From NCBI GenBank assembly GCA_046484245.1, contig JAWOBN010000092.1, forward strand, positions 1-16,588: a DNA stretch of 16,588 nt, read 5' to 3'. Every line of letters starts with the position of its first letter. Within the stretch, counting starts at the first letter, position 1. The notes beneath the pieces are model-generated. The model did not search any database. It was not told the origin of the DNA and worked only from the letters and a program-made list of their open reading frames with translations. The translations under genes and the position numbers were made by a program. The DNA comes from a bacterium (GTDB lineage: Bacteria > Hydrothermota > 32-111). This document shows positions 7,592 to 16,490 of this stretch, in pieces.

Positions 7592-8640
7592 TGAAGAGAA
7601 TTCTGACAATCATTGGCGCAAGACCGCAATTCATCAAGCATGCGCCCCTTCTGGAAAAGCTTTCAAAATATTTCTCCACATGCACTATTCATACAGGTCA
7701 GCATTATGACAGGATAATGTCCGATGTATTCTTCTCGGACCTGGGAATGGATGAACCGGATATCAATCTATCCATCGGCTCACACACGCATTCCAAACAA
7801 ACAGCACTGATGATGGCTGGAATTGAAAAAGTTCTTCTCTCCGAGAATTTTGACTGTGTCATTGTTTACGGTGACACCAATTCAACAATTGCAGGCGCGC
7901 TTGTGTCTGCCAAACTCGGTATAAAAACAGCCCATATTGAAGCGGGAATGAGAAGCAATAACAGGAATATGCCCGAGGAAATCAACAGGATTGTGACAGA
8001 TCACCTGTCCGATTTCAATTTTGCGCCGTCACCTGATGCAGCTGACAATCTCAAGAGGGAGAATCTGGATTATGTGATTACGGGTGACATTATGTTTGAA
8101 GCATTCCGGAAATTTTCGCCCAAGGCAGAAAAGAGGGATATTACTCCTATAACAGGACTTGACAATGACTTTTATCTGCTCACTCTGCACAGGCAGTTCA
8201 ATACAATGCCGGATAATCTCAAGATAATAATGGAGAGGCTGGCATCTGTTGAATATGACATTGTTTTCCCCATTCATCCCCGCACAAGAAAGATCATTAA
8301 TGAGATATACCCTGACAATTACTGTCCTGCCAATATACACATGATTGAACCGGTCGGTTATATTGACATGCTTGCACTGATTCATAAGAGCAGCGGTGTG
8401 ATAACTGACAGCGGCGGGCTCCAGAAGGAGGCATATTATGCAGGCAAAAAGTGCATTACACTGAGAAATGAAACAGAATGGACTGAAACCCTGTTAAGCG
8501 GCGCCAATATGCTGTGTCCGCTTGCAGAATGCAGTATTGATGAATTCCTCTCTGATAGAGATGGCTGCAGCTTCAAGCCCCTCTATTCGGATATGGAGGC
8601 GTCAACCATAATAACCCGGTACTTAAGGGAGAATCTATGA
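7591..8640 (+). CDS. wecB: Non-hydrolysing UDP-N-acetylglucosamine 2-epimerase family (WbpI-like N-terminus)
   Basis: GARPQFIK, HTGQHYD, VYGDTNST, HIEAGMRS, PEEINR and TDSGGLQKEA. TAATG overlap with nrnA. Confidence 0.92.
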   Translation: MKRILTIIGARPQFIKHAPLLEKLSKYFSTCTIHTGQHYDRIMSDVFFSDLGMDEPDINLSIGSHTHSKQTALMMAGIEKVLLSENFDCVIVYGDTNSTIAGALVSAKLGIKTAHIEAGMRSNNRNMPEEINRIVTDHLSDFNFAPSPDAADNLKRENLDYVITGDIMFEAFRKFSPKAEKRDITPITGLDNDFYLLTLHRQFNTMPDNLKIIMERLASVEYDIVFPIHPRTRKIINEIYPDNYCPANIHMIEPVGYIDMLALIHKSSGVITDSGGLQKEAYYAGKKCITLRNETEWTETLLSGANMLCPLAECSIDEFLSDRDGCSFKPLYSDMEASTIITRYLRENL

Positions 8641-10166
8641 ATATAAATAATGCATTGATTTCCGTGTATAATAAAGACGGACTGGAACCCCTCCTTGAAG
8701 CATTAGAGAGACACAATGTCAACATATACGCTTCATCAGGCACTGCTCAATACATAAACAATGCCGGATATACTGCCCGGAGCACAGAGTCAATCACAGG
8801 CATATCCCGGATGCTCGGAGGCAGGATCAAGACAATAAACACAGAGCTCTTTGCAGGCATACTGGCAAGGGAATCAGACAGTACTGAAGATATTCCTGTT
8901 GTATTTGACATGGTTATTGTTGACCTCTACCCGTTTGAGGAGACATTGAATAATACGGACAATCACAATGAGATAATAGAGAAGATTGATATAGGCGGCA
9001 TATCACTGATAAGGGCTGCAGCCAAGAATTACAAGAGGGTAGCAGTACTCTCATCAAAAGACCGGTACAGTGATGTAATAGAGGAAATGGATTTTCTCCA
9101 TGGGGAATTATCCCTCAAGACATCCAAGATACTTGCCCGGGAGGCATTTGCCCTCTCATCTGAATATGACAGCGTGATTTCATTGTATCTCTCTGGAGCA
9201 GGGGAAAAGAGCAGTACGGATCAATCCCGGACAGAGAGTATTCAGATGGAGAAAATAAGGGATTTGAGATACGGTGAAAACCCCCATCAGAATGCTTCTA
9301 TATTCAGGATATCAGATGCTGATATATCAATAGCTGACTTCAATATCCTGCACGGCAAGGAAATGTCATACAACAATTACATGGACGGTGATGCAGCAAT
9401 GAATATTGCTGCGGGATTCAGTGAGCCTGCATGTGCAATTGTCAAGCATGCCAATCCATGCGGAATAGGCACTTATGAGACAATTGCAGAGGCATATGAA
9501 CTGGCACACATGTCAGACCCCATGTCTGCATACGGTTCCATTGTCGCCATCAACAGGCCCTGTGACATTCAGACAGCTGAGCTGATCAATCAGAATTTTG
9601 TGGAGATAATCATTGCTCCGTCATTTGAAGAGGGTGCAGTGGATATATTGACATCAAAGAAGAATATCAGAATACTGGAGGGTGCTTACAGTAATGCCCC
9701 TGAGATGAATTACAGATATATCACAGGCAGTATGCTTTTACAGGAGAGAGACAATCAGCCGGATAATGAGTTTCACTTTGATACTGTCTCAAAACGGAGA
9801 CCGACAGAGAAGGAATTTGAAGCAATGAAATTCGCCTGGCAGGCAGTGAGATATGTAAAATCCAATGCTATTGTCATTGCAAGCAGTCACAGGACAATGG
9901 GAATAGGTGCAGGACAGATGTCCAGGGTTGATGCTGTTGATATTGCAATAAGGAAAGGAGGCGGCTCAACTGCCTATACAGGCGGCAGTGCACTGGCATC
10001 CGACGGATTCTTCCCATTTGCCGACTCCATTGAAAAGGCATACAATGCAGGCATTTATGCAATTATTGAACCGGGCGGTTCAAGAAGAGATATGGAAATA
10101 ATCAAGGCGTGTGATGAGAGGGATATGGCTCTCGTATTCACAGGCAGGAGACATTTCCTTCATTAA
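8637..10166 (+). CDS. purH: Bifunctional AICAR transformylase / IMP cyclohydrolase
   Basis: ALISVYNK, LYPF, IDIGG…RAAAKN, LRYGENPHQ, KHANPCG, VKSNAI, GAGQMSRVD, ASDGFFPF and RHFLH. Confidence 0.97.
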   Translation: MNINNALISVYNKDGLEPLLEALERHNVNIYASSGTAQYINNAGYTARSTESITGISRMLGGRIKTINTELFAGILARESDSTEDIPVVFDMVIVDLYPFEETLNNTDNHNEIIEKIDIGGISLIRAAAKNYKRVAVLSSKDRYSDVIEEMDFLHGELSLKTSKILAREAFALSSEYDSVISLYLSGAGEKSSTDQSRTESIQMEKIRDLRYGENPHQNASIFRISDADISIADFNILHGKEMSYNNYMDGDAAMNIAAGFSEPACAIVKHANPCGIGTYETIAEAYELAHMSDPMSAYGSIVAINRPCDIQTAELINQNFVEIIIAPSFEEGAVDILTSKKNIRILEGAYSNAPEMNYRYITGSMLLQERDNQPDNEFHFDTVSKRRPTEKEFEAMKFAWQAVRYVKSNAIVIASSHRTMGIGAGQMSRVDAVDIAIRKGGGSTAYTGGSALASDGFFPFADSIEKAYNAGIYAIIEPGGSRRDMEIIKACDERDMALVFTGRRHFLH

Positions 10167-10178
10167 AAGGAGGGGTTT

Positions 10179-11132
10179 ATGTTATTTAAAAAGAAAAAAC
10201 TTGGGCTTGCACTGGGCGGAGGTGCTGCAAAGGGACTGGCTCATATAGGCATACTGAAGGTCCTGGAGGAGAATGACATCAGGATTGATTTTGTCTCCGG
10301 CACATCCATGGGCGCAATCATCGGCGCAATGTACGCTTCAGGCATGTCTGCAAGTGAGATAGAGAGCGTGGCAACAGGACTGGACAAAAAGGAGGCAGCA
10401 TCCCTTTTCAGGATCACACTGGACGGAGCCGGTTTCATCAATGGCGAGAGGATAACCGGATTACTGGAGGATGTCATACATAAAAAGAAGTTCACTGAAA
10501 TGGAGATACCCTTTGCCTGTGTTGCATGTGACATTGTCACAGGAAGAGAGATTGTATTCACTGAAGGTAATATCATCAATTCATTGAGGGCATCCATGTC
10601 TATTCCCGGCATATTCTCTCCAGTGAAGAATGAGGGTAATGTGCTTGTTGACGGAGGTCTGGTCAATCCTGTTCCGGCTGACACAGTGCGTGATTTGGGT
10701 GCTGACAGGGTGCTTGCAGTCAATGTGCTTACAGTGCCTGAGCTGAAACACAAGAACCTTACACTGCCTCAGACAGACAAGGAGATAGAGGAAGTGCCGG
10801 ACGATAAGGGACAGTTCATTGACTATCTCAATAAACGGGTGAAGAATTTCGTCAATAAGGAGAAGACCAATCTGGAGGCTATTGCCAAGAGGGTCGGCTC
10901 AATCTTCAATCTCACTGATGAAATAAATATTCTGGATATCATGTCACAGACAATGCATCTTGCAGAAAGCAGGATTGCCGAATATAAACTGGAGGCAGAC
11001 GAACCGGATCTGCTTGTCAAACCCGATATGACAAGCATCAATCATTTTGATTTTATCAAAGCTGAAGAAGCCATTGCAATAGGGGAGAAGGCGGCAAGGG
11101 ACAATATTGACAAGATAAGGAAATTAATCTGA
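10179..11132 (+). CDS. Patatin-like phospholipase (RssA/NTE-like)
   Basis: LALGGGAAKG oxyanion loop, GTSMG nucleophile, ASMSIPGIF and DGG catalytic Asp. RBS AAGGAGG. Confidence 0.92.
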   Translation: MLFKKKKLGLALGGGAAKGLAHIGILKVLEENDIRIDFVSGTSMGAIIGAMYASGMSASEIESVATGLDKKEAASLFRITLDGAGFINGERITGLLEDVIHKKKFTEMEIPFACVACDIVTGREIVFTEGNIINSLRASMSIPGIFSPVKNEGNVLVDGGLVNPVPADTVRDLGADRVLAVNVLTVPELKHKNLTLPQTDKEIEEVPDDKGQFIDYLNKRVKNFVNKEKTNLEAIAKRVGSIFNLTDEINILDIMSQTMHLAESRIAEYKLEADEPDLLVKPDMTSINHFDFIKAEEAIAIGEKAARDNIDKIRKLI

Positions 11133-11145
11133 AAGGGGAGTATAT

Positions 11146-13914
11146 TTGTTTGCGGAAATAATTCAGAAATCATCAGCATTTGATTCACTGGGCAATGTCA
11201 TTACAAGTGAGATGAAGAATCACTACAGCGGGAGTTACACAGTCCGCGCATCAAAGGTGTACCATTTCAGCAGGGATATTGATATTGATTTTCTCTCAGA
11301 ACTCCTCTGTGATTCAATTACTGATGTGATGTTCATAAACAGTCATGCCCGGCTTGAGAATGATTACACAGTGAGTATTGAGAAACGGCCCGGTGTAATG
11401 GACCCCGAGGCGGAGACAATAAGGGATTACCTGGAGCTCTCTCTCAATACCCGCACAGATGTGAAGATACTGTCACGCTACTATCTGTCAGGCAATCCGC
11501 CTGATATGCTAAAGACAGTGGAATTTATGAAGAACAGGTATTACAATCCCCTTATAGAGGATATCAGCCAGTCGGTCCATTTTATTGATATAAAACCCAA
11601 AGAGGATATTGAAGTAAGAACAGTGCCGCTTGAAGGTGATCTCAATGAAATATCCGAGTCCATGACACTCTCGCTCAATGAGAGTGAGATGAATGCTATA
11701 AAGGAATATTTTGAGGAACTGGGAAGGCAGCCCACGGATATTGAACTTGAGACAATTGCCCAGACATGGTCTGAACACTGCGTGCACAAGACATTCAATT
11801 CTGATATGGAATACAATGAAAGACATATATCCAATCTTTTCAAAAGCACTATTGTCAAGGCAACAATTGATATTGACCATCCGGATGCTGTTTCCGTATT
11901 CCACGACAATGCCGGCATATGGTCATTTGACAGTGAGCATGATATATGCTTCAAGGTGGAGACACACAATCACCCTTCAGCACTGGAGCCGTACGGAGGA
12001 GCCGGTACAGGCATAGGCGGTGTGATAAGGGACACAATAGGCACAGGTCTCGGGTTCAAACCAATTGCCAATACTGATGTTTTCTGTGTGGGGAGTGACA
12101 ATGACAATATTCCTGCCGGTACAATAAAACCGGGCGATGTGCTCAAGGGCATAACAGCAGGAGTGCGTGATTACGGCAACCGCATGGGCATACCCACAGT
12201 GAACGGCTCAGTGCATTTCCACAAGGATTTTGCAGGAAATCCTCTTGTTTATGCCGGTTCACTGGGTATTGCAAAGAAGAAGAATGCATTTAAAGAGGTA
12301 AGGGACAATGACATGATCGTGCTCCTCGGCGGCAAGACAGGCAGGGACGGCATTCACGGGGCTACATTCTCCTCCGTATCACTCCATGATCAGTCACAGG
12401 ATGTTTCATCAGGTGCTGTGCAGATAGGCAATCCCATTGAGGAGAAGAAGATGCTGGATGCAATTATGGAAGCGGACGGACTTTACAGTGCAATTACTGA
12501 CTGCGGTGCAGGCGGCCTGTCATCAGCTGTAGGAGAGATGGGAGAGAAGACCGGGGCAGAGGTGTATCTTGAAAATGTGCCCCTTAAATATGCAGGTCTC
12601 ACCTATGATGAGATCTGGATAAGTGAATCACAGGAGAGAATGGTGCTCTCCGTACCGCCGCGCAATTATCCCCGTCTGAAGAAAATTATGGATAAACACT
12701 CAACAGGCATATCTCATATCGGTTATTTCAGGAACAGGGACCTGACAATAAAATACAAGGACAAGACAGTATGCGAACTGGATATGGATTTCCTTCATTC
12801 CGGACTCCCCATGGCGAAGAAGAGAGCTGAAGAATACGGCAATATTGCATCAGGCAGTGATCCTGATATCAGTGAGGATATTACCGGTCTGGCGGAGATG
12901 ATTCTGGCTGACGGCAATACTGCATCCAAAGAGGATATAATCAGACAGTATGATTATGAGGTGATGGCCCAGACATCAGTGAAACCCCTCTGCGGAGCCC
13001 GTCAGGATGCTGTCAGTGACAGTGCTGTCATAAGCCCCCTGGATTCATCAAAGGTTATCCTGATATCCAATGGCATAAACCCTCATTACGGCAAGCTCAA
13101 TCCTCGTCAGATGACACTTGCTGCAATTGACGAAGCATTGAGAAATATCCTTGCACAGGGCGGGGATATAAACCATACAGCACTGCTTGATAATTATTCA
13201 TGGGGCAATGTGTCCAATCCCCGCACACTGGGCGGCCTTATTGAATCAGCTGAAGCGTGCAGGGATTATGCTGTTGAACTGGGGACTCCCTTCATATCAG
13301 GCAAGGATTCACTGAATAATTTCTTTGAAATGGATTCACGGACAATTGAGATACCCCCGACACTCCTCATATCAGCTGTCTCTGTGACAGATGCAGGCAA
13401 TATCAGACCCTCGCATTTCACAGGTGAAGGCAATACTGTATGTTTGCTGGGGAAGAGAACAGAGAATGAACTGGGCGGCAGCGCACTGTACAGGGCATTG
13501 GGTCATGCAGGTGAAGGCACTGTTCCGCAAACAGATATTAAGGAGTCATCTGCAATACTGGGGGCAGTGAGCAGGCTCAATGAGATGAACATTATCCTCT
13601 CAGCGCATGATTTATCAGACGGCGGGCTTCTCGTCGCACTGATGGAAATGGTGTTCGGCAGTGACTATGGATGCAGTGTCAGTATAGACAGCAGTATGCC
13701 CGGTTATATGTATCTCTTCTCTGAAACACAGTCGCGTTTTATTATTGAAGTGAGGGATGAGGACATGGATATATTGAGAGCTGCAGCAGGCAGTATTGTC
13801 ACTCCGATAGGCAGGACCATGCCCGGCAGACAGCTCTCTGTCAAATACAATGAAGAAGAGACGGAATTTGATATTGACAAATTAAAGACATTATGGAGCA
13901 GGGGAGTATTATGA
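11146..13914 (+). CDS. purL: FGAM synthase subunit PurL with N-terminal PurS-like extension (922 aa)
   Basis: QTWSEHCVHK, DNAG, KVETHNHPS, DGIHGATFSS, DCGAGG, SESQERM, SGKDS and HDLSDGG. TTG start after AGGGGAG. Confidence 0.95.
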   Translation: MFAEIIQKSSAFDSLGNVITSEMKNHYSGSYTVRASKVYHFSRDIDIDFLSELLCDSITDVMFINSHARLENDYTVSIEKRPGVMDPEAETIRDYLELSLNTRTDVKILSRYYLSGNPPDMLKTVEFMKNRYYNPLIEDISQSVHFIDIKPKEDIEVRTVPLEGDLNEISESMTLSLNESEMNAIKEYFEELGRQPTDIELETIAQTWSEHCVHKTFNSDMEYNERHISNLFKSTIVKATIDIDHPDAVSVFHDNAGIWSFDSEHDICFKVETHNHPSALEPYGGAGTGIGGVIRDTIGTGLGFKPIANTDVFCVGSDNDNIPAGTIKPGDVLKGITAGVRDYGNRMGIPTVNGSVHFHKDFAGNPLVYAGSLGIAKKKNAFKEVRDNDMIVLLGGKTGRDGIHGATFSSVSLHDQSQDVSSGAVQIGNPIEEKKMLDAIMEADGLYSAITDCGAGGLSSAVGEMGEKTGAEVYLENVPLKYAGLTYDEIWISESQERMVLSVPPRNYPRLKKIMDKHSTGISHIGYFRNRDLTIKYKDKTVCELDMDFLHSGLPMAKKRAEEYGNIASGSDPDISEDITGLAEMILADGNTASKEDIIRQYDYEVMAQTSVKPLCGARQDAVSDSAVISPLDSSKVILISNGINPHYGKLNPRQMTLAAIDEALRNILAQGGDINHTALLDNYSWGNVSNPRTLGGLIESAEACRDYAVELGTPFISGKDSLNNFFEMDSRTIEIPPTLLISAVSVTDAGNIRPSHFTGEGNTVCLLGKRTENELGGSALYRALGHAGEGTVPQTDIKESSAILGAVSRLNEMNIILSAHDLSDGGLLVALMEMVFGSDYGCSVSIDSSMPGYMYLFSETQSRFIIEVRDEDMDILRAAAGSIVTPIGRTMPGRQLSVKYNEEETEFDIDKLKTLWSRGVL

Positions 13915-14675
13915 ATAAATTCAGGGCGCTTGTACTGAAGGCGCATGGTGTTAATTGTGAAATAGAATCAGCACATGCACTGAAAAGATCCGGGTTTCTG
14001 CCTGACATAATACATATTGACGATATACTCAAGGGCAATGCATCACTGTCCGACTACAGCTTCTTGGTGTTTCCCGGAGGATTCTCATACGGGGATTATA
14101 CCGGCAGCGGCAGGATTGTTGCATCCATTGTAAAGCATCATCTCATGGAAGACATAAAGTCATTTATTGAAGACGGAAAACTGATACTGGGAATATGCAA
14201 TGGATTCCAGATACTCGTCAAATCAGGCATACTGCCCAATCGGAACGATGATTTCAGCCAGAATGTATCACTGATATTCAATGATTCCCATCATTATGAG
14301 GACAGATGGGTTCATCTCAAAGTAAGGTCAAGCAGTGCATTCACTGCAGGCATAAGTACTGTAATGGAACTGCCCGTAGCACACGCAGAGGGTAAATTCG
14401 TATTTGACGATGATGATTTCCCTGATATTGATGATCACATTGTAATGGAATACTGTGACAGTACAGGAAAACCGGTCAATTACTATCCCGTAAACCCCAA
14501 TGGCAGTATGAAAAATATTGCGGCAATATGTGACAGAACAGGCAGGATAATGGGTATGATGCCCCATCCGGAGCGTTTCTACGCAGACCATCTATATTAT
14601 GGTAATCATAGCCCTGCATTAACAGGAAGCATAATATTTGATAATGCTTATAAGTATATAAAGGAGGAATTGTAA
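13911..14675 (+). CDS. purQ: FGAM synthase glutaminase subunit PurQ
   Basis: GVNCE, PGGFSYGD, GICNGFQ (catalytic Cys), AHAEG, NPNGS and MMPHPER. The start was moved to the ATG at 13911 (RBS GGGGAG, ATGA overlap with purL). Confidence 0.96.
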   Translation: MNKFRALVLKAHGVNCEIESAHALKRSGFLPDIIHIDDILKGNASLSDYSFLVFPGGFSYGDYTGSGRIVASIVKHHLMEDIKSFIEDGKLILGICNGFQILVKSGILPNRNDDFSQNVSLIFNDSHHYEDRWVHLKVRSSSAFTAGISTVMELPVAHAEGKFVFDDDDFPDIDDHIVMEYCDSTGKPVNYYPVNPNGSMKNIAAICDRTGRIMGMMPHPERFYADHLYYGNHSPALTGSIIFDNAYKYIKEEL

Positions 14676-16045
14676 TGAATAGAGGCATATTCAGAATGTA
14701 TGATGTAAGAGGCATAGCAAAAGAGGATTTGACAGATGACACTGTATATAAAATAGGCAGGGCATTTGCCACATATATCAAGAGAAGAGGGGGCAAGAAG
14801 GTTGTTTCAGGCATGGATGTGAGACTCTCCAGTCCGCGCATCAAGGATGCATTTGTCAGGGGTGTTCTGGACACAGGTATTGATGTGATAGACACAAAAC
14901 TCTGCACAAGCCCGATGCTCTACTATTCACAGCATTTTCACAATGCAGACGGCGGCATTATGGTGACAGGTTCCCATAACCCCATAGAGTACAATGGCCT
15001 TAAGATGGTTGATCCCGATGTGACAATATACGGGGATGTCATACAGCAGTTCTATGAACTGGCTGAAAATGAGGATTTTGAAGAGGGCAGCGGCTCATAC
15101 AGTGAATATGACATAGAGGATGATTATATTGACATGTGTGTTTCTGCTGTCAATATTGAGGAAAGCCTGAAAGTGCTTGTTGACCCGGGTAATGGCACAG
15201 CAGGACCTGTAGCAGAGAAGATATTTGAGAAACTCGGTGTAGAAGCTGATTTTATCAATAAACAGAGAGACGGCACATTCCCCAATCATCTCCCTGACCC
15301 GACTGTAATGGAATATATCAAGGAACTGAGGGAAAAGACAGCTTCAGGTGACTATGATATGGGTATAGGTTATGACGGTGACTGCGACCGCATAGGACTG
15401 CTTGATGAGAATGGTGAAGTTATTTACGGAGACCAGATACTCGGCATACTTGCCTATGATTTACTGTCAAGAAGGAAGGGCGAGAAGATTGTGTTTGATG
15501 TGAAATGCTCACAGGGTCTTGAGGAAATGATAAACAGTATGGGAGGCAGACCGATAATGCATAAAACAGGCCATTCCCTCCTTAAACGCAAGATGAAAGA
15601 GGAAAATGCACTGCTTGCAGGAGAGATGAGCGGGCATATGTTCTTCAATGAGAATTTCTATGGTTTTGATGACGGATTATTCGCATCACTGCTTATTATG
15701 CAGATCGTGTCTCAGTCAAAGAGGAAACTATCCGATCTGAAGGGTGTGATGCCCTATTACAATTCAACACCGGAGATCAGGGTTGAATGCACTGACAGTG
15801 ATAAATTTGATATTGTTGAGAAGGTCGTAAAACATTATAAGGATCAGGGCAGGCGCGTTATTGATATTGACGGTGCACGTGTCTATTTTGATAATGGATG
15901 GGCACTGGTCCGTGCATCCAATACACAGCCCATACTGGTCGTGCGCGTTGAGGCTAAAACACCTGAGGCACTCAAGACAATAAAAGCGAATGTCAAAGAG
16001 CATCTTGAGAATTACCCCCAGGTCAATACTGATGCCATCAAGTAA
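14675..16045 (+). CDS. Phosphomannomutase/phosphoglucomutase (AlgC-like alpha-D-phosphohexomutase)
   Basis: FRMYDVRG, TGSHNP (phospho-Ser), FPNHLPDP, DGDCDR metal loop, TGHS, GEMSGH and RASNTQP. RBS AAGGAGG and TAATG overlap. Confidence 0.95.
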   Translation: MNRGIFRMYDVRGIAKEDLTDDTVYKIGRAFATYIKRRGGKKVVSGMDVRLSSPRIKDAFVRGVLDTGIDVIDTKLCTSPMLYYSQHFHNADGGIMVTGSHNPIEYNGLKMVDPDVTIYGDVIQQFYELAENEDFEEGSGSYSEYDIEDDYIDMCVSAVNIEESLKVLVDPGNGTAGPVAEKIFEKLGVEADFINKQRDGTFPNHLPDPTVMEYIKELREKTASGDYDMGIGYDGDCDRIGLLDENGEVIYGDQILGILAYDLLSRRKGEKIVFDVKCSQGLEEMINSMGGRPIMHKTGHSLLKRKMKEENALLAGEMSGHMFFNENFYGFDDGLFASLLIMQIVSQSKRKLSDLKGVMPYYNSTPEIRVECTDSDKFDIVEKVVKHYKDQGRRVIDIDGARVYFDNGWALVRASNTQPILVVRVEAKTPEALKTIKANVKEHLENYPQVNTDAIK

Positions 16046-16490
16046 AAAATACATTGGTATAATAGGCGGCAGTGATATAGCGCCTGAACTCTACAGTGAA
16101 TGCGTGGATATCGGCAAATCAATAGGTTCATTGGGCTACCCTGTTATATGCGGGGGGCTCTCCGGAGTCATGGAGGCAGTGAGCAGGGGAGTTAAGCAGG
16201 CAGGCGGACTGACAGTGGGGCTCACTCCGGATGATAAGAATGATGCCAATGAGTTTATAGACATATCAATTGGAACAGGTATCGGCATATCGCGCAATCT
16301 GATGATAATAAGGAACAGCGACATTATAATTGCAATAGACGGCAGATACGGCACACTCTCAGAGATTGCCTTTGCACTGCAGCTCAACAAACCCATTATT
16401 GCTTATAGATCCGATTGGCAGGAGAAACTGGAGCTGAGGAATGCGGGCAGTATTGAAGAAATCGTGAAATTCATAGAGGAGCATTTGTGA
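16032..16490 (+). CDS. TIGR00725 family protein (LOG-like Rossmann fold)
   Basis: IGIIGG, CGGLSGVMEA.SRG, GG.TVG, RN and GTLSEIAFA..L.KP. The probable start is the ATG at 16032 (MPSSKKYIG), not 15990. Confidence 0.85.
   Translation: MPSSKKYIGIIGGSDIAPELYSECVDIGKSIGSLGYPVICGGLSGVMEAVSRGVKQAGGLTVGLTPDDKNDANEFIDISIGTGIGISRNLMIIRNSDIIIAIDGRYGTLSEIAFALQLNKPIIAYRSDWQEKLELRNAGSIEEIVKFIEEHL

Noticed and set aside
10179..11132. Patatin as a CBASS CapV-type or other defence effector
   Set aside because: No CD-NTase or other defence gene is adjacent, and its composition matches the neighbouring housekeeping genes.
770..16396. Remaining short overlapping ORFs in the track (mostly minus strand)
   Set aside because: They lie almost entirely within well-supported + strand genes and show no recognisable motifs.
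16032..16490. SLOG domain as part of a Thoeris-like defence system, or DprA
   Set aside because: It is a stand-alone ~152-aa TIGR00725-type protein with no SIR2/TIR partner, and it is too short for DprA.
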